Assembly: GCA_963843575.1 (NCBI GenBank)
Contig: CAWJKZ010000013.1
Coordinates: 384,001 to 448,000 of the forward strand
Direction: 5' to 3'
Source: an uncultured Acidobacteriota bacterium
GTDB lineage: Bacteria; Acidobacteriota; UBA6911
DNA length: 64,000 nucleotides
Shown here: piece after piece, positions 36,970 through 48,094 of the stretch
Position numbering within the stretch: position 1 is the first letter of the stretch
How the letters are laid out: every line of letters begins with the position of its first letter
Notes under the pieces: generated by a model
The model's input: the letters and a program-made list of their open reading frames with translations, nothing else
What the model was told of the DNA's origin: nothing
Databases searched by the model: none
Translations under genes and position numbers: made by a program

Positions 36970-38511
36970 ATGGCAAGCTATCGAATCTCTAGACGCTTCT
37001 TTTTCCAGGGCGCGCTCATCGCGGGTGCCGTCCCTGCGGGTGGATTCGGCAGCACGCCCTCGCTGAAGCGGGCGGGCTTCAAGTCCCCCATTGAAAAGCT
37101 CAATATCGCCTCGATCGGCGCCGGCGGCCGTGCCGCCGACGTCATCCGGGGCTGTTCCTCGGAAAACATCGTGGCGTTGTGCGATCCCGATTCCGCGCGC
37201 GCCGCGGCCATGTTCACCAAGTACGACAAGGCCGCCAGGTACACCGACTTCCGCAAGATGCTCGACAGGGAAGAGAAGAACATCGATGCGGTCATCATCG
37301 CCATCCCCGACTTCATGCATGGAACCGCGGCCATGTGGTGCATGGAACGCGGCAAGCACGTCTATGTCGAGAAACCGCTCACCAGAACCATTTGGGAAGC
37401 GCGCCAACTCAAAGAGGCCGCGGCAAAATACGGCGTCTGCACGCAGATGGGCAACCAGCACGTTTCCCAGGAAACCTGCCGCCAGACCTGCGAGATCCTC
37501 TGGTCGGGTGACATCGGCGATGTGAAGGAGGTTCACGCCTGGACCAACCGCCCCATCTGGCCGCAGGCCTCCGTCGACGCCAATGGCAACAAGATCCTGA
37601 TGGATCTTCCCAAACCGGAGCCGGTCCCAACCACGCTCGACTGGGACGCCTGGCTCGGCATCAAGGAGCCCCGGCCATACAGCTCCGCCTATGTGCCCTT
37701 CAAATGGCGCGGCTGGAAGGATTTCGGCACGGGTCCGGCGGGTGACGAGTTGATTCACCTTCTAGGTGCGCCCAACCTGGCGTTGAATCTGACATCCCCC
37801 TTGAGCGTAGAGTGCGTCAAGCAGGATTACAGAAACCCCTACACCTACGGGAAGAACGTGGTAATCAAGTGGGAGTTCGGCGCCCGCGGTGCCATGCCCC
37901 CTCTGACCTTGTACTTCTACGACACTTCGACCGGCGCTCAGTACCGGCCTCCCGATCTTCCGGCGGATGAGCCGGTGATCCCGCCCCGGGAAGACCTTCC
38001 CCAGGGCGGCAGAGGATGACACGGGGAAGCTCAGGCCGGCGGGGGAGGCGGCTGCCGGCGAGGGCGGCGTCAGACGGCCCAATGCCGCCCCAGGCGGGGC
38101 TGTCGGCGGACAGGCGCCGGGCGAGGCGGTGCCGGCCGCGGTCAAAACCAGGGGGTCGTCTTCGTCGGCACGAAAGGCTACCTCGCGGCGGGCGGCGAAG
38201 GGACCGAGGGCGGTGTCGCCTTCTTGCCGGCGGCGCGGAATAAGGATTACGTGTTGCCGCCCCAGTCCATGTGGCGGTCGCCGGGTCACTACGTGGAATG
38301 GATCATGGCATGCAAGGGGCTTCATCCGAGGACCATGTCGGACTTCGCTTTCGCCGCCCCGCTCACGGAGACCGTCCTGTTGTCGGTGATCGCCATCGAG
38401 TGCCAAGGCAAGCTCGCATATGACGCGGGAAAGGGTCTGTTCACCAACAACAAGGAGGCCAACAAGTACCTTCAGCCGCCGCATATCCGCAAGGGCTGGA
38501 GCTTTACGTAG
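36970..38511 (+). pseudogene. Tat-exported Gfo/Idh/MocA oxidoreductase interrupted by in-frame TGA at 38017-38019
   Basis: SRRFF, IGAGGR, HVYVEKPL, TQMGNQ; the same frame resumes with GVVFVGTKG...HYVEWIMACKG...RKGWSFT. Confidence 0.8.
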
Positions 38512-38748
38512 AAAGGCGGGCAGCGAGAAAGGTCGTGTCCCTGTCTGCACTGAGTCCGTGGGCTCCGGAGGTAAATATGGTCTCGCGTCTTATGCAGAGT
38601 GCGACCGTTGGATGTACTCGCTGGTGGTCAGGAAAGCAAAACGGAAATTCTGTACAATAGACAGACCCGTGAGGGAAAATGGAAATCCTGGGTTACATGC
38701 GCAGCGGCGGTTGTAGGGGATCTCAATCTGGAAAGGAGACAGAAAGCA

Positions 38749-39837
38749 ATGAACTCAGAATCTAAACCGGGCCCGACGGGCAAATCCCGGCGGGCGTTTA
38801 TTCAAAAAATCGGGGCGATGGCCGCGGCCTCAAGTATGGCGGCAAATGCAGGCGCCGCCCAGCAACCGCCGGCACCGGGCGTGCCGGGCAGAGCGAACGA
38901 ACGTGATTTTCGGCCGGAGCCAGGCCCCCTCTCAAAGCAGCCGATGCCGACGATTCGTCTGGGCAAGCACGAAGTCGGCCGCCTGGTTCTTGGCGTAAAC
39001 GGCATTGGGACACATTTTTCCGATGTGCTCAGCCGGACGTATCGCGAGTGGAACACGCCCGAACAGCAGATGCGGGTGTTTAAGCACTGTGAGGAGCTGG
39101 GCATTAACCTCAGGGTCCAAACCAGGGACCAGATCAACCGGTACAACAAGGAATTCGGCGGCAAAATGCTGTTTAGCTGCAACAGTGAGGTGTTTGGCAG
39201 CGGGGGAGATTTCAGGGAAACCCTTAAGAAGATGGCCGCGACGGGACCGATCGCCATTCATTCCTCGGCGAGCGGCTCCGATGAGATTTGGAGAAGCGGC
39301 GGGCTCGAGAAACTTCGGGAGTGGTGCAAAATAGTGCGGGATCTGGGTGTTCTGGTTGCCATCAATGGCCACCTCCCCGAAATGTTCATGGAAATCGAGT
39401 CCCAGGGCTGGGACGTGGATTACTACATGCCCGCCGTGTACCAGTTTGGCCGCACCCACGCGGAATGGGAGAAGCTGTTCGAGTCCAACCCCGACCTGGC
39501 GCCTCTGGAGGTCGGTCAACCCCAAACCGAGTACAATTCGCAATATTACGGCGGCGAAATAGCCTGGGTGCGCGGCGATCCGCCGAAGATGCTCAAAGTG
39601 ATCAAACAGGTCAAGAAGCCGTGCCTTGTGTTTAAGATCCTGGCCAGCGGCAACCTGATGGCCAATGCCCTGCCGAAGGTGCAGCAGGCTACCGTGGAGG
39701 CGAGGTTCAAATACATCTTCGAGAACATCAAGTCCACCGACGGAGTGGTGGTCGCGATGTGGAACAAGTACGAGGACCAGTACGCCCTCAACAAGGAGTA
39801 CGTGGTAAAGTACGGCGAGTTGTCGATCCGCGCATAG
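38749..39837 (+). CDS. Tat-exported AKR-like TIM-barrel protein, copy 1
   Basis: KSRRAFI signal, MPTIRLGKHEVGRLVLG, KPCLVFKILASG; RBS AAGGAG. Confidence 0.75.
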   Translation: MNSESKPGPTGKSRRAFIQKIGAMAAASSMAANAGAAQQPPAPGVPGRANERDFRPEPGPLSKQPMPTIRLGKHEVGRLVLGVNGIGTHFSDVLSRTYREWNTPEQQMRVFKHCEELGINLRVQTRDQINRYNKEFGGKMLFSCNSEVFGSGGDFRETLKKMAATGPIAIHSSASGSDEIWRSGGLEKLREWCKIVRDLGVLVAINGHLPEMFMEIESQGWDVDYYMPAVYQFGRTHAEWEKLFESNPDLAPLEVGQPQTEYNSQYYGGEIAWVRGDPPKMLKVIKQVKKPCLVFKILASGNLMANALPKVQQATVEARFKYIFENIKSTDGVVVAMWNKYEDQYALNKEYVVKYGELSIRA

Positions 39838-39917
39838 TAGGAAATTGGCGGCTTTCGCATTGGGACGGCGCGCTGCGGCGCGAGCCACGAGGTTCGCTGG
39901 AATTGAAGAGAACTGCT

Positions 39918-40130
39918 ATGAAACGACCACGGGAATTCCAAACCGCAGACGGCTTCGTACTGATGTACGATGCAGCTAAGAACGAGTGGACCGACGGAGA
40001 GCTGGTATTTGAGGCAAGGTCCCCCGACCTCTGGCCCATGGATTCTGAAAAAGAACCCCTGGAAGGTAAGTTCATTCCCCCGCCGAGCGGTTTTTCCGGA
40101 CCTTGGTCGCCGTGGGCCAGCAGGGAGTAA
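39918..40130 (+). CDS. Small hypothetical protein
   Basis: 70-aa ORF with protein-like composition between the paralogs. Confidence 0.4.
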   Translation: MKRPREFQTADGFVLMYDAAKNEWTDGELVFEARSPDLWPMDSEKEPLEGKFIPPPSGFSGPWSPWASRE

Positions 40131-40371
40131 TGCCAGCGCTCGAGCCAGCGTCGCGCCCGGTCACGCTCGTCCACGAGTGCAACCATCCAGGCAGAATTCC
40201 CGGCAGGTCGGAGTCGTTCTCGCAGAAAGACTCAGCTGTCCGGTTATCAGCTCGAGCAGTGACTCCCGCTCAGGGGGAGAACTGCTGCGCGCCACACCAG
40301 CCAGGAGTTCGTTGGCTTCCTGGCAGCGGCGGTTGCAGGGGATCTCAGTCTGCAAAGGAGAGCAGAAAGCA

Positions 40372-41464
40372 ATGAACTCAGAATCTAAACCGGGCCCGAC
40401 GGGCGAGAAATCCCGACGGGCGTTTATTCAAAAGATCGGGACGGCGGCCGCGGCGTCAAGTCTGGCGGCAAGTGCCAGCGCCGCCCAGCAACCGCCGGCG
40501 CCGCGCAGGGCGCCGGAACGATTTTGGCCGGAGCCAGGCCCCCTCTCAAAGCAGCCGATGCCGACGATTCGTCTGGGCAAGCACGAAGTTGGCCGCCTGA
40601 TTCTCGGCATCAACGGCATTGGGACACATTTTTCCGATGTGCTCGGCCGGACGTATCGCGAGTGGAACACGCCCGAACAGCAGATGCAGGTGTTTAAGCA
40701 TTGTGAGGAGCTGGGCATTAACCTCAGGGTCCAAACCAGAGACCAGATCAACCAGTACAACAAGGAATTCGGCGGCAAGATGCTGTTTACCAGCAACAGC
40801 TCCTACCCGATGCAGCCTGACGGAACCGTGGGAGATCCCACGAAAGTCCTTAAGACGATGGCCGCGACCGGACCGATCGCCATTCATTACGCAGCGAGCG
40901 GCGCCGATGACATGTGGAGAAGAGGCGAGTTCAAGAAGATCCGGGAGTGGTGCAAAATGGTGCGGGATACTGGGTGTTCTGGTTTGCGTCAATGGCCACA
41001 TCCCCGAAATGTTCATGAAAATGGAGTCCCAGGGCTGGGACGTGGATTACTACATGCCCGGCCTGTACCTGTTTGGCCGCACCCACGCGGAATGGGAGGA
41101 GCTGTTCAAGTTCAACCCCGACCTGGCGCCACTGGAGGTCGGTCAACCCCCTACCGAGAGCGATTCGCAATATTACGGCGGGGAAATCGCCTGGGTGCGC
41201 GGCGATCCGCCGAAGATGCTCAAAGTGATCAAACAGGTCAAGAAGCCGTGCCTTGCGTTTAAGATCCTGGCCAGCGGCAACCTGATGGCCAATGCCCAAC
41301 CGAAGCTGCAGCAGCATATCGTGGAGGCGAGGTTCAAATACGTTTTCGAGAACATCAAGTCCACCGACGGAGTGGTGGTCGCGATGTGGAACAAGTATGA
41401 GGACCAGTACGCCCTCAACAAGGAGTACGTGGTCAAGTACGGCGGATCCTCGATCCGCGCATAG
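40372..41464 (+). pseudogene. Tat-exported AKR-like TIM-barrel protein, copy 2, +1 frameshift near 40969
   Basis: Near-identical to 38749-39837; CGGGATACTGGGT versus CGGGATCTGGGT in copy 1. Confidence 0.8.
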
Positions 41465-41480
41465 TGACGTTCGTGTCAGG

Positions 41481-42398
41481 TCACATGTTTTCGAGCAGCG
41501 CGTCGATCACCTTCTGCACCGAGCCCCATGGATCAGGGCCATCGGTCTCGATCGAGTACCAGCCCCTGAACCCCATCTCCTTCGAGATCCTGATCGCCTT
41601 GGCGAAGTCGAACCTCTCGTTCATCTTGACGTGACTGACGGTGCGTGCGAGCGGGTACATGAGCCGCAGCCCCTGTTCGCGGACCTCTTCATTGGGGAAG
41701 TTTCCGATATCGGGATTCGCGAACGTACCGCTGGCTTTCATCAGGTTTACCAGTGCCTCCGGCGTCGCCCTGCCGCGATTTTCCATGAGGATGACAATAT
41801 TCTTCGGTTTGCCGTAGGCGGCCAGGGCCTTCAGCGCCTCGATAACCGGCTCGAGGTTCTCCCGCAATTCGTCCCGCCCCTGATTGATCATGACACTTGG
41901 GCACTCGAGCGTTGCCGCGATATCAATCCACTGCTTCGTCATCTCGATGGCCTTGGCCCGCATGGCGGGATCGGATGAACAGGGGCTGACTACGCCCCGG
42001 TAGCGTGTTTCCGGCGGGTCGATTTCCACTATCAGGTTCACCACCTTCGATTTGGCCTTGTCCAGCCGCTCTTTGAATTTCTTGATATACGAAGGCTCCA
42101 TCGAAAGGAGATTGATGCTGCACACCTCCAGGTTGTGGAGGTGGAGACGGTCTGCCACCGCATCGGGGAGATCCATCATGTCCAGCCCTTTCGGCGCCAC
42201 CTCCTTGCTCCGGTCCCAGATTTCCGGCAGGATGCTGTCGAAGTCGTTGGTCATCAAGCTGATGCGGTCGAGTTTGGCGCGCGTGGCGGCGTCTTGAGCC
42301 TGCGCCACTTTGACAAGAGACGCAGCTGCCGCAGAACCGATCAGAAAGTCGCGGCGTCTCATGACGGGACCGTCGCGATGAAAATCGATATGCCTCAT
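41481..42398 (-). CDS. Tat-exported sugar phosphate isomerase/epimerase (AP endonuclease 2 TIM barrel)
   Basis: MRRRDFL, ILMENRG, NPDIGNF, VSHVK, GWYSIE. Confidence 0.82.
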   Translation of the reverse strand: MRHIDFHRDGPVMRRRDFLIGSAAAASLVKVAQAQDAATRAKLDRISLMTNDFDSILPEIWDRSKEVAPKGLDMMDLPDAVADRLHLHNLEVCSINLLSMEPSYIKKFKERLDKAKSKVVNLIVEIDPPETRYRGVVSPCSSDPAMRAKAIEMTKQWIDIAATLECPSVMINQGRDELRENLEPVIEALKALAAYGKPKNIVILMENRGRATPEALVNLMKASGTFANPDIGNFPNEEVREQGLRLMYPLARTVSHVKMNERFDFAKAIRISKEMGFRGWYSIETDGPDPWGSVQKVIDALLENM

Positions 42399-42747
42399 AG
42401 TCATGACCTCTCTTGCCCCCAAGTTCCTTCACTACTTGGCTTGTTTTTGTCAGCGGCGTCAAAACCAGGTTGCGGAACCCGACCGCATCGTGATCGCCCC
42501 GCAACTCGAGCGAACCCGGCTTGCCTTCATACGCCGCGCTCGTGACCTACAGCAGGCGAGAAGTGCAAACGAAACAGCCGACTCCGCAAAATCACACACA
42601 AGCCAGGATTCCCCTGTTGGCCTCTTGGCCAGCGACGATTATACATCGAGCCGTCTTTATCAGTCGGAAAATGCCACGCGCCGGGCTGGGCCGGGGAAGC
42701 TTCCGGTAACCCCACTTATCAGCCTTCATCGTCTGGAGATGCCGTGA

Positions 42748-42905
42748 AACCTGAACGTCCATTTTCACACGCTGGCTCTGGACGGCATTTGCCTGAGGGA
42801 TGCGTCGATGTAGTTGAGGTCCATCAACAAGTATGGCGTCCCGAACCTGCTCCAACCACCGCTCGCCTCTGCCACGCCTCGGCTGGCTCGCTCTGGCGCG
42901 CCCAC
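42748..42905 (+). mobile_element. Relic of an IS91-like (HUH) transposase
   Basis: Translates NLNVHFHTLALDG (HUH motif of IS91-like transposases), then a stop. Confidence 0.55.
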
Positions 42906-42969
42906 CGCCTAGAGGTAGGTCCTGAGATCAGAACCTACCTCTGTTGTGAGCGACACTCATTGAGCTTTG

Positions 42970-43838
42970 TTAATTCGGGTAGAACCGTATCTGGACTAGT
43001 TTTGATCCGCTGTTATCTATAGTCCAAAGGTACTCTACGAAGTCGGCTATGTTGAACACCCATGCCTCATCGTAAGTCTTGCAGTAGGTCGAGAGCAGAA
43101 TCCAGGAAAGGCCGTCCTCGCGCACAGGGCAGACCCCTGCAACAGGATCAACGGCCTCGTCATAGATACCGTCTGCGTTCAGATCGATGACGCATTTGTC
43201 TGTTGGGGTGTAAGTGCCGTCCGGTGCTGAAAATAGCAAACGTCACCTGACCACTGAAAGAGTCCTGTAACGTTCGTTGCTATGGATTTACCTTTGCTGC
43301 GAGTTACTGTCATCCCATCCGATCTGACGAATCCTCGATCGGTGACGAGACCCAAATACATCAGGTCGTTCCCGAATTCATCGACTGCGGAGACCAAGCT
43401 CGGCAAGATCGTCATTGTGGGATTATACGTGGGCTTTGCCAAGGCTCGTGCATACACTCTGTAGCCGGCCGCATTCGGGGGCACTTGAATGACAGCCGGA
43501 GTCCCATCAAAAGTCGCACAAGGGTCGGTCGCCCGTAATTCTGTAAACGTAGAGACTAATTTGCCTTTAGTCGCGCCCGATTGCATCATCAGGCTAATCC
43601 CTTCGCCCGTTCCTGGAACAAAAACCACATTGCCATAAATTGGCAAACCGGTATCGGGATCGTATTCCTGTTCAGGGCAAGTGAAGCCAACCTTCTTGCC
43701 GATGATGTTCAGGTTGAAATGGGGACCGCTCGGGAACCCATTCGGATTCTCGTCCTGGGCATAAAGAATAGGCATGAAAAGCAAAGACACGCCAGCAACA
43801 CACACGGCCATTCGACAAACGTTCCGCATGTTGGCCAC
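42970..43838 (-). pseudogene. Secreted hypothetical protein split by a frameshift near 43230
   Basis: Signal peptide, NGFPSGPHFNLNIIG; the second frame ends DNSGSKLVQIRFYPN; shift at a T run. Confidence 0.65.
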
Positions 43839-44370
43839 CTCATGATTGGTTGTCTATCTTGGCTCGGCCGTCCCGGGGGGGGGGTAACACCACCTGGTGT
43901 CGGGACTGCGCTATTAGAATCGACCAAGATTCTGAGCGCAGTAGCCCCCCGTTGCGGTGATGGGGGTCACCAAGTGCGATGGTGAAGGCCGAAATGGGTG
44001 GTCGAGTTCCCGTATTCGGCTGCCGAGTCCGGTAGGTCAGTGCAGAGCCGGTTCGTTGGTACTCGACCTGCAACGGCCACCCTCCTGGCCATTACCCCCG
44101 CCTCCCACTTGCTGCCTGTGCTAGCCTCGCTTTCTGATCCAGAAGGTTTTGGGGATTGACTACAAGGCCCACTAGGTCACGATCATCCTCGGCAGCGGTG
44201 AAATCTCCGTGACCACTTGGCTGTTTGGCACACCTAATCCAGCGGTAATTGTTTACCGCATTGGTAGCCTTGTGAATCCTGACTTTCTTGCCTACTCCCT
44301 GGACATATCCAGCGCCGCCACTGGCCGCAGAGTGTCGCGCGATGAGGTCATCCGTCACGACTCTTAACTC

Positions 44371-44937
44371 TTACAGCAGCTTGGTCTGACCGGGGATGGC
44401 AACGGGATAGATGCCGTCCGCTCCGGGTTTCACGGGCGGTTCCATGTTCATGGTGATCTCGCCCACAGGCGGAAAGGCGAACATGGAATCCATCGTTTCC
44501 TTCCATGTCAGTCTCTTGCCGGTATAGGCCGAAAGTTGGCCCAGCACGGTCGCCATGGTGGAGTTGGCCAGAACCTTCGCGTGTTGGAGCGGTTTGCCCG
44601 CGCGGATGGATTGCAGAAACTCCATCTGTTCCTGCTGGTAGGGAGACTTCTTCGACAACTCGTCGTCCGCGCGCCACGTGACGTTACCCTTGAGATCGGT
44701 GAAAGAGGGCGCGCCCATCGCCGCGTAGTGGCAGCGGCCTTTGGTGCCGTGGTAGACGTCCTTGTTCGCTCCGTAGCACCCGGCAGCGGTGCGGCAGGAG
44801 CCGTAGAGGCAAAGCCCGCCGGCGAACTCGTAGGTAACATGGTGATGGTCGAAAGAAGTGCCCATGGGGGTCTGGAGATGCGTGGAGCGTCCGCCCATGC
44901 CGTAGGCTGCTTCCGGCATCATATCGCCGAGTGCCCA
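44371..44937 (-). pseudogene. C-terminal half of a Gfo/Idh/MocA oxidoreductase
   Basis: WALGD..PEAAYGMGGR, FDHHHVTYEF, PYQQEQ..F..SIR, SAYTGK, YPVAIPGQTK; N-terminal Rossmann domain absent. Confidence 0.75.
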
Positions 44938-45040
44938 TAACGCTCACCGGGATTAGTCCTTTCTGTCGCCGGGCTTCGCGCAGGAGGTTCTCCGCCGTTA
45001 ACACCGACGGCTCCCAGTAGTGTTTATTGCGAAGGATCAT
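44938..45040 (-). pseudogene. N-terminal fragment of a nucleoside phosphorylase-like gene
   Basis: MILRNKHYWEPSVLTAENLLREARRQKGL, recognised from memory as the N-terminus of that family. Confidence 0.45.
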
Positions 45041-45054
45041 ATCTTCATCGATCT

Positions 45055-45681
45055 GTGTCGGGACAATCCCTGGGGACGAGTTGCCACGGCAGACTGATGC
45101 TCTTCTCTCCGGATCAGGTAAGCTGGTACCGCCCTCACCTGGAGCGTTCGCTACGAATCATCGAGAATGCCGCCTTGCCCCGCAATGCGGTAATCATCGA
45201 TATCGGTGGCGGTGCATCGACCCTGGTTGACGACCTTCTGGCGCGGGGATACTCAAATCTCACCGTGCTGGACATCTCCGCAGCTGCCATAGCCTTCGCG
45301 AAAGCACGCCTGGGCGGAGCCGCCGATGCCGTCAAGTGGATTGCCGGGGACATCACGCTCGTCGACCTTCCGGAGCGCGAGTATGCCTTCTGGCATGATC
45401 GCGCCGTGTTCCATTTCCTGCGGGATCCGGAACAGCGCCGCCGTTACGTCACCGCCGCGCGCCGGGCTCTGATGCCCGGTGGGCACATCGTCGTCGCTAC
45501 CTTCGGGCCGGAGGGGCCGGAGCGTTGCAGCAGCCTGGACGTCGTCCGGTACAGCGCAGACGGTCTCCATGCGGAGTTCGGAGAGCAGTTCAGAAAGGTC
45601 TCCAGCCAGACCGAGATCCACACCACACCCTGGGGCGCGGAACAGGAGTTCGTCTACTGCTACTGCCGATTGATGCCTTGA
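45055..45681 (+). CDS. Class I SAM-dependent methyltransferase (5' end possibly damaged)
   Basis: VSWY, IIDIGGGASTLVD, LDIS, WHDRAVFHFL, GPERCS. Confidence 0.85.
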   Translation: MSGQSLGTSCHGRLMLFSPDQVSWYRPHLERSLRIIENAALPRNAVIIDIGGGASTLVDDLLARGYSNLTVLDISAAAIAFAKARLGGAADAVKWIAGDITLVDLPEREYAFWHDRAVFHFLRDPEQRRRYVTAARRALMPGGHIVVATFGPEGPERCSSLDVVRYSADGLHAEFGEQFRKVSSQTEIHTTPWGAEQEFVYCYCRLMP

Positions 45682-45896
45682 GTCGACCGGGATCCCCCCC
45701 TCGAATCCATCGACGCCCGCGGCTGGAAGATCCGCCCCCCGGTCAGACCCGCCCCTCTCGGAAAACGAGCCGCAGGAAGAACCGAGCCACATGATATATC
45801 TGACAACATCGGTCTCATGCAGGAACACCGTCCGGCAGCGCGCCAGGCGCGTTTGCAGGGCTTGTTTGCCGTACGGAACCGGTAAAATTGAGATGC

Positions 45897-46526
45897 ATGA
45901 ATAATCTGATTGCAGCGAGGGAGTCCGAGGTCCGCCGTGGAACCAGGCTGCAGTACTTCACCATAGGCTACAACAGTCTCGAGGGCCTGATCTCGATCGT
46001 CGCCGGCCTGTTTGCAGGATCCGTTTCGCTCATCGGCTTCGGATTCGACAGCCTCATCGAGGTGACATCCGGTGCGGCTGTGCTTTGGCGCCTGCACCAC
46101 GACCGCGACCCAGTTCGCCGTGAGCAAGCCGAAAGGATGACCCTGCGGGCGGTGGGATGGTGCTTTGTGGCCCTGGCCGTCTATATCCTCTACGATTCCG
46201 CATCGACTCTGGCCCGGCACGAACCACCGGAACGTAGCATTCCGGGAATCATCATCGCGGTTCTGTCCCTTGTCGTGATGCCCCTGCTTGCGTCGGCAAA
46301 GAGGCGGGTGGCCGCCAGAATCGGAAGTGCGGCGATGAGGGCGGATTCGCGTCAGACGGATTTCTGCGCCTATCTGTCCGCCATTCTCCTATGCGGCCTC
46401 GGCCTGAACGCCATGTGCGGCTGGTGGTGGGCAGACCCGGCCGCCGCATTGGCCATGGTTCCTATAATTGCGAAGGAGGGCCTCCAGAGCCTTAAGGGGG
46501 AACAGTGCTGCGATACCTGCAACTAA
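45897..46526 (+). CDS. Cation efflux (CDF)-family transporter, short type
   Basis: YNSLEG, SLIGFGFDSLIE, ADSRQT, WWWADP, C-terminal CCDTC. Confidence 0.82.
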   Translation: MNNLIAARESEVRRGTRLQYFTIGYNSLEGLISIVAGLFAGSVSLIGFGFDSLIEVTSGAAVLWRLHHDRDPVRREQAERMTLRAVGWCFVALAVYILYDSASTLARHEPPERSIPGIIIAVLSLVVMPLLASAKRRVAARIGSAAMRADSRQTDFCAYLSAILLCGLGLNAMCGWWWADPAAALAMVPIIAKEGLQSLKGEQCCDTCN

Positions 46527-46582
46527 TCGAGGTGCAGATTTTAGGCTCCCGGAAACCAAAGTCGCGGCCACCCCCAGTGACG

Positions 46583-47911
46583 CTACTCGGTTTCCACAGT
46601 GGTGCGACCGTCCGTCTGCGTACTTCCTGCCGCCTCCGAATCCGGAGCACCGGTGATGAGACGGGCAGAGCGATTGTAGGAGAAGTAGTTCCACGCCCAC
46701 TGGACAAAAACCAGGAGTCTGTTTTCGAACTGCACGAGCTGCATGAGGTGGACGAACAGCCACGCCAGCCACGCGAGATAACCCGCGAACCGGAAACCGA
46801 AGAGATCGGCTACGGCAGCGTGACGACCAATCGTCGCCATCGTCCCATAATCGCGGTATCGGAAAGCTGGGAGGGACCGACCGTGCAGCCGTTCCCGGAT
46901 CAGGCGCGCGGCGTATGCCCCCTGCTGCATGGCAACCTGCGCCACGCCGGGTAGCGCCACGCCGGGCTGATGTTCGAAATGCGCCAGATCGCCTACCACC
47001 AGGATCTCGGGATGGCCGGCGATGCTGAGGTCGGGATTCACCTGCACGCGCCCGGCACGGTCCAGGCGGGCCCCTGCCTCTTCGGCCAGCACTACCCCAA
47101 AACCTGAGGCCTGCATCCCGGCCGCCCACAGGACCGTCGGCGTTGCTATCAGCTCGACAGCGTCACCACTTCGAAGAAGCACGCCGTCCGGCCGGATTTC
47201 GGTGACGAGGCTTTTCGTGCGGACCTCGATCCTCAGCCTGGTCAGCGCAGCCGCCGCTTTCATCGATAGGTTTGGATGGTACGAGGGCAGGATCCGGTCG
47301 GCTCCTTCGAGGAGCAGAATCCGCGCGTCGGACGGGTTTATGGAACGGAACTCCTGGGCAAGAGTGTCGCGTGCGACCTCGGCCAGCGCACCGGCCAATT
47401 CCACTCCGGTCGGACCGCCACCGACGACGACAAAGGTCAGAAATGCCCGGATCCGCTCAGGATCCGTCTCATGCTCGGCGCGTTCGAATGCGAGCAATAT
47501 CCGGCGGCGGATTTCGGTCGCGTCCTCGATCGTTTTCAGGCCCGGTGCCAGCTCCGCCCAGCCGCTCTTTCCGAAATAGTGATGGGTGGATCCCGTCGCG
47601 ACAATCAGGGTGTTGTATGCGACCGCCTGCCCGTCACGAAGGAGGACCTGGCGCCGTTCCGCGTCAAGATCCGAAGCCTCGCCAAGGAGTACCCTCAAAT
47701 TCGACTGCCTTTTCAGAATGTTGCGGAGCGGCGAGGCGATATTCGCCGGGGACAGGCCGCCCGTCGCCACCTGGTATAGGAGCGGCTGGAACAGGTGAAA
47801 ATTCCGGCGGTCGAGGAGCGTAATGCGGACCGGGGCGCGTCGAAGCGCCCGCGCTGCGTGCAGACCGCCGAATCCCCCGCCGAGGATCACCACATCATGC
47901 TCTCCACTCAT
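46583..47911 (-). CDS. ndh: Type II NADH dehydrogenase
   Basis: GGGFGGL, HLFQPLLYQVATG, VGGGPTGVELAG, GVAQVAMQQG. Confidence 0.9.
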   Translation of the reverse strand: MSGEHDVVILGGGFGGLHAARALRRAPVRITLLDRRNFHLFQPLLYQVATGGLSPANIASPLRNILKRQSNLRVLLGEASDLDAERRQVLLRDGQAVAYNTLIVATGSTHHYFGKSGWAELAPGLKTIEDATEIRRRILLAFERAEHETDPERIRAFLTFVVVGGGPTGVELAGALAEVARDTLAQEFRSINPSDARILLLEGADRILPSYHPNLSMKAAAALTRLRIEVRTKSLVTEIRPDGVLLRSGDAVELIATPTVLWAAGMQASGFGVVLAEEAGARLDRAGRVQVNPDLSIAGHPEILVVGDLAHFEHQPGVALPGVAQVAMQQGAYAARLIRERLHGRSLPAFRYRDYGTMATIGRHAAVADLFGFRFAGYLAWLAWLFVHLMQLVQFENRLLVFVQWAWNYFSYNRSARLITGAPDSEAAGSTQTDGRTTVETE

Positions 47912-48094
47912 GCCTTTCCGCTCTCCGGCTTGACCTGGAATAAGTGTATCAGGTTGGAATGTCAGGTGCCCGACGGCGTCAGCTCTTCCCAGCGGACCCG
48001 CATGCCCGGTTTTTTCCCGGCGGTCAGACTGATTGATTGGTAAAGCAATCTGTGAGATGAATCAGGACCGGCACGGCGGCGTGGAGAAGAAGGG

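Noticed and set aside
38017-38080. Selenocysteine recoding
   Set aside because: The TGA lies in a low-complexity Gly-rich linker rather than a Cys-equivalent site, and no convincing SECIS is present.
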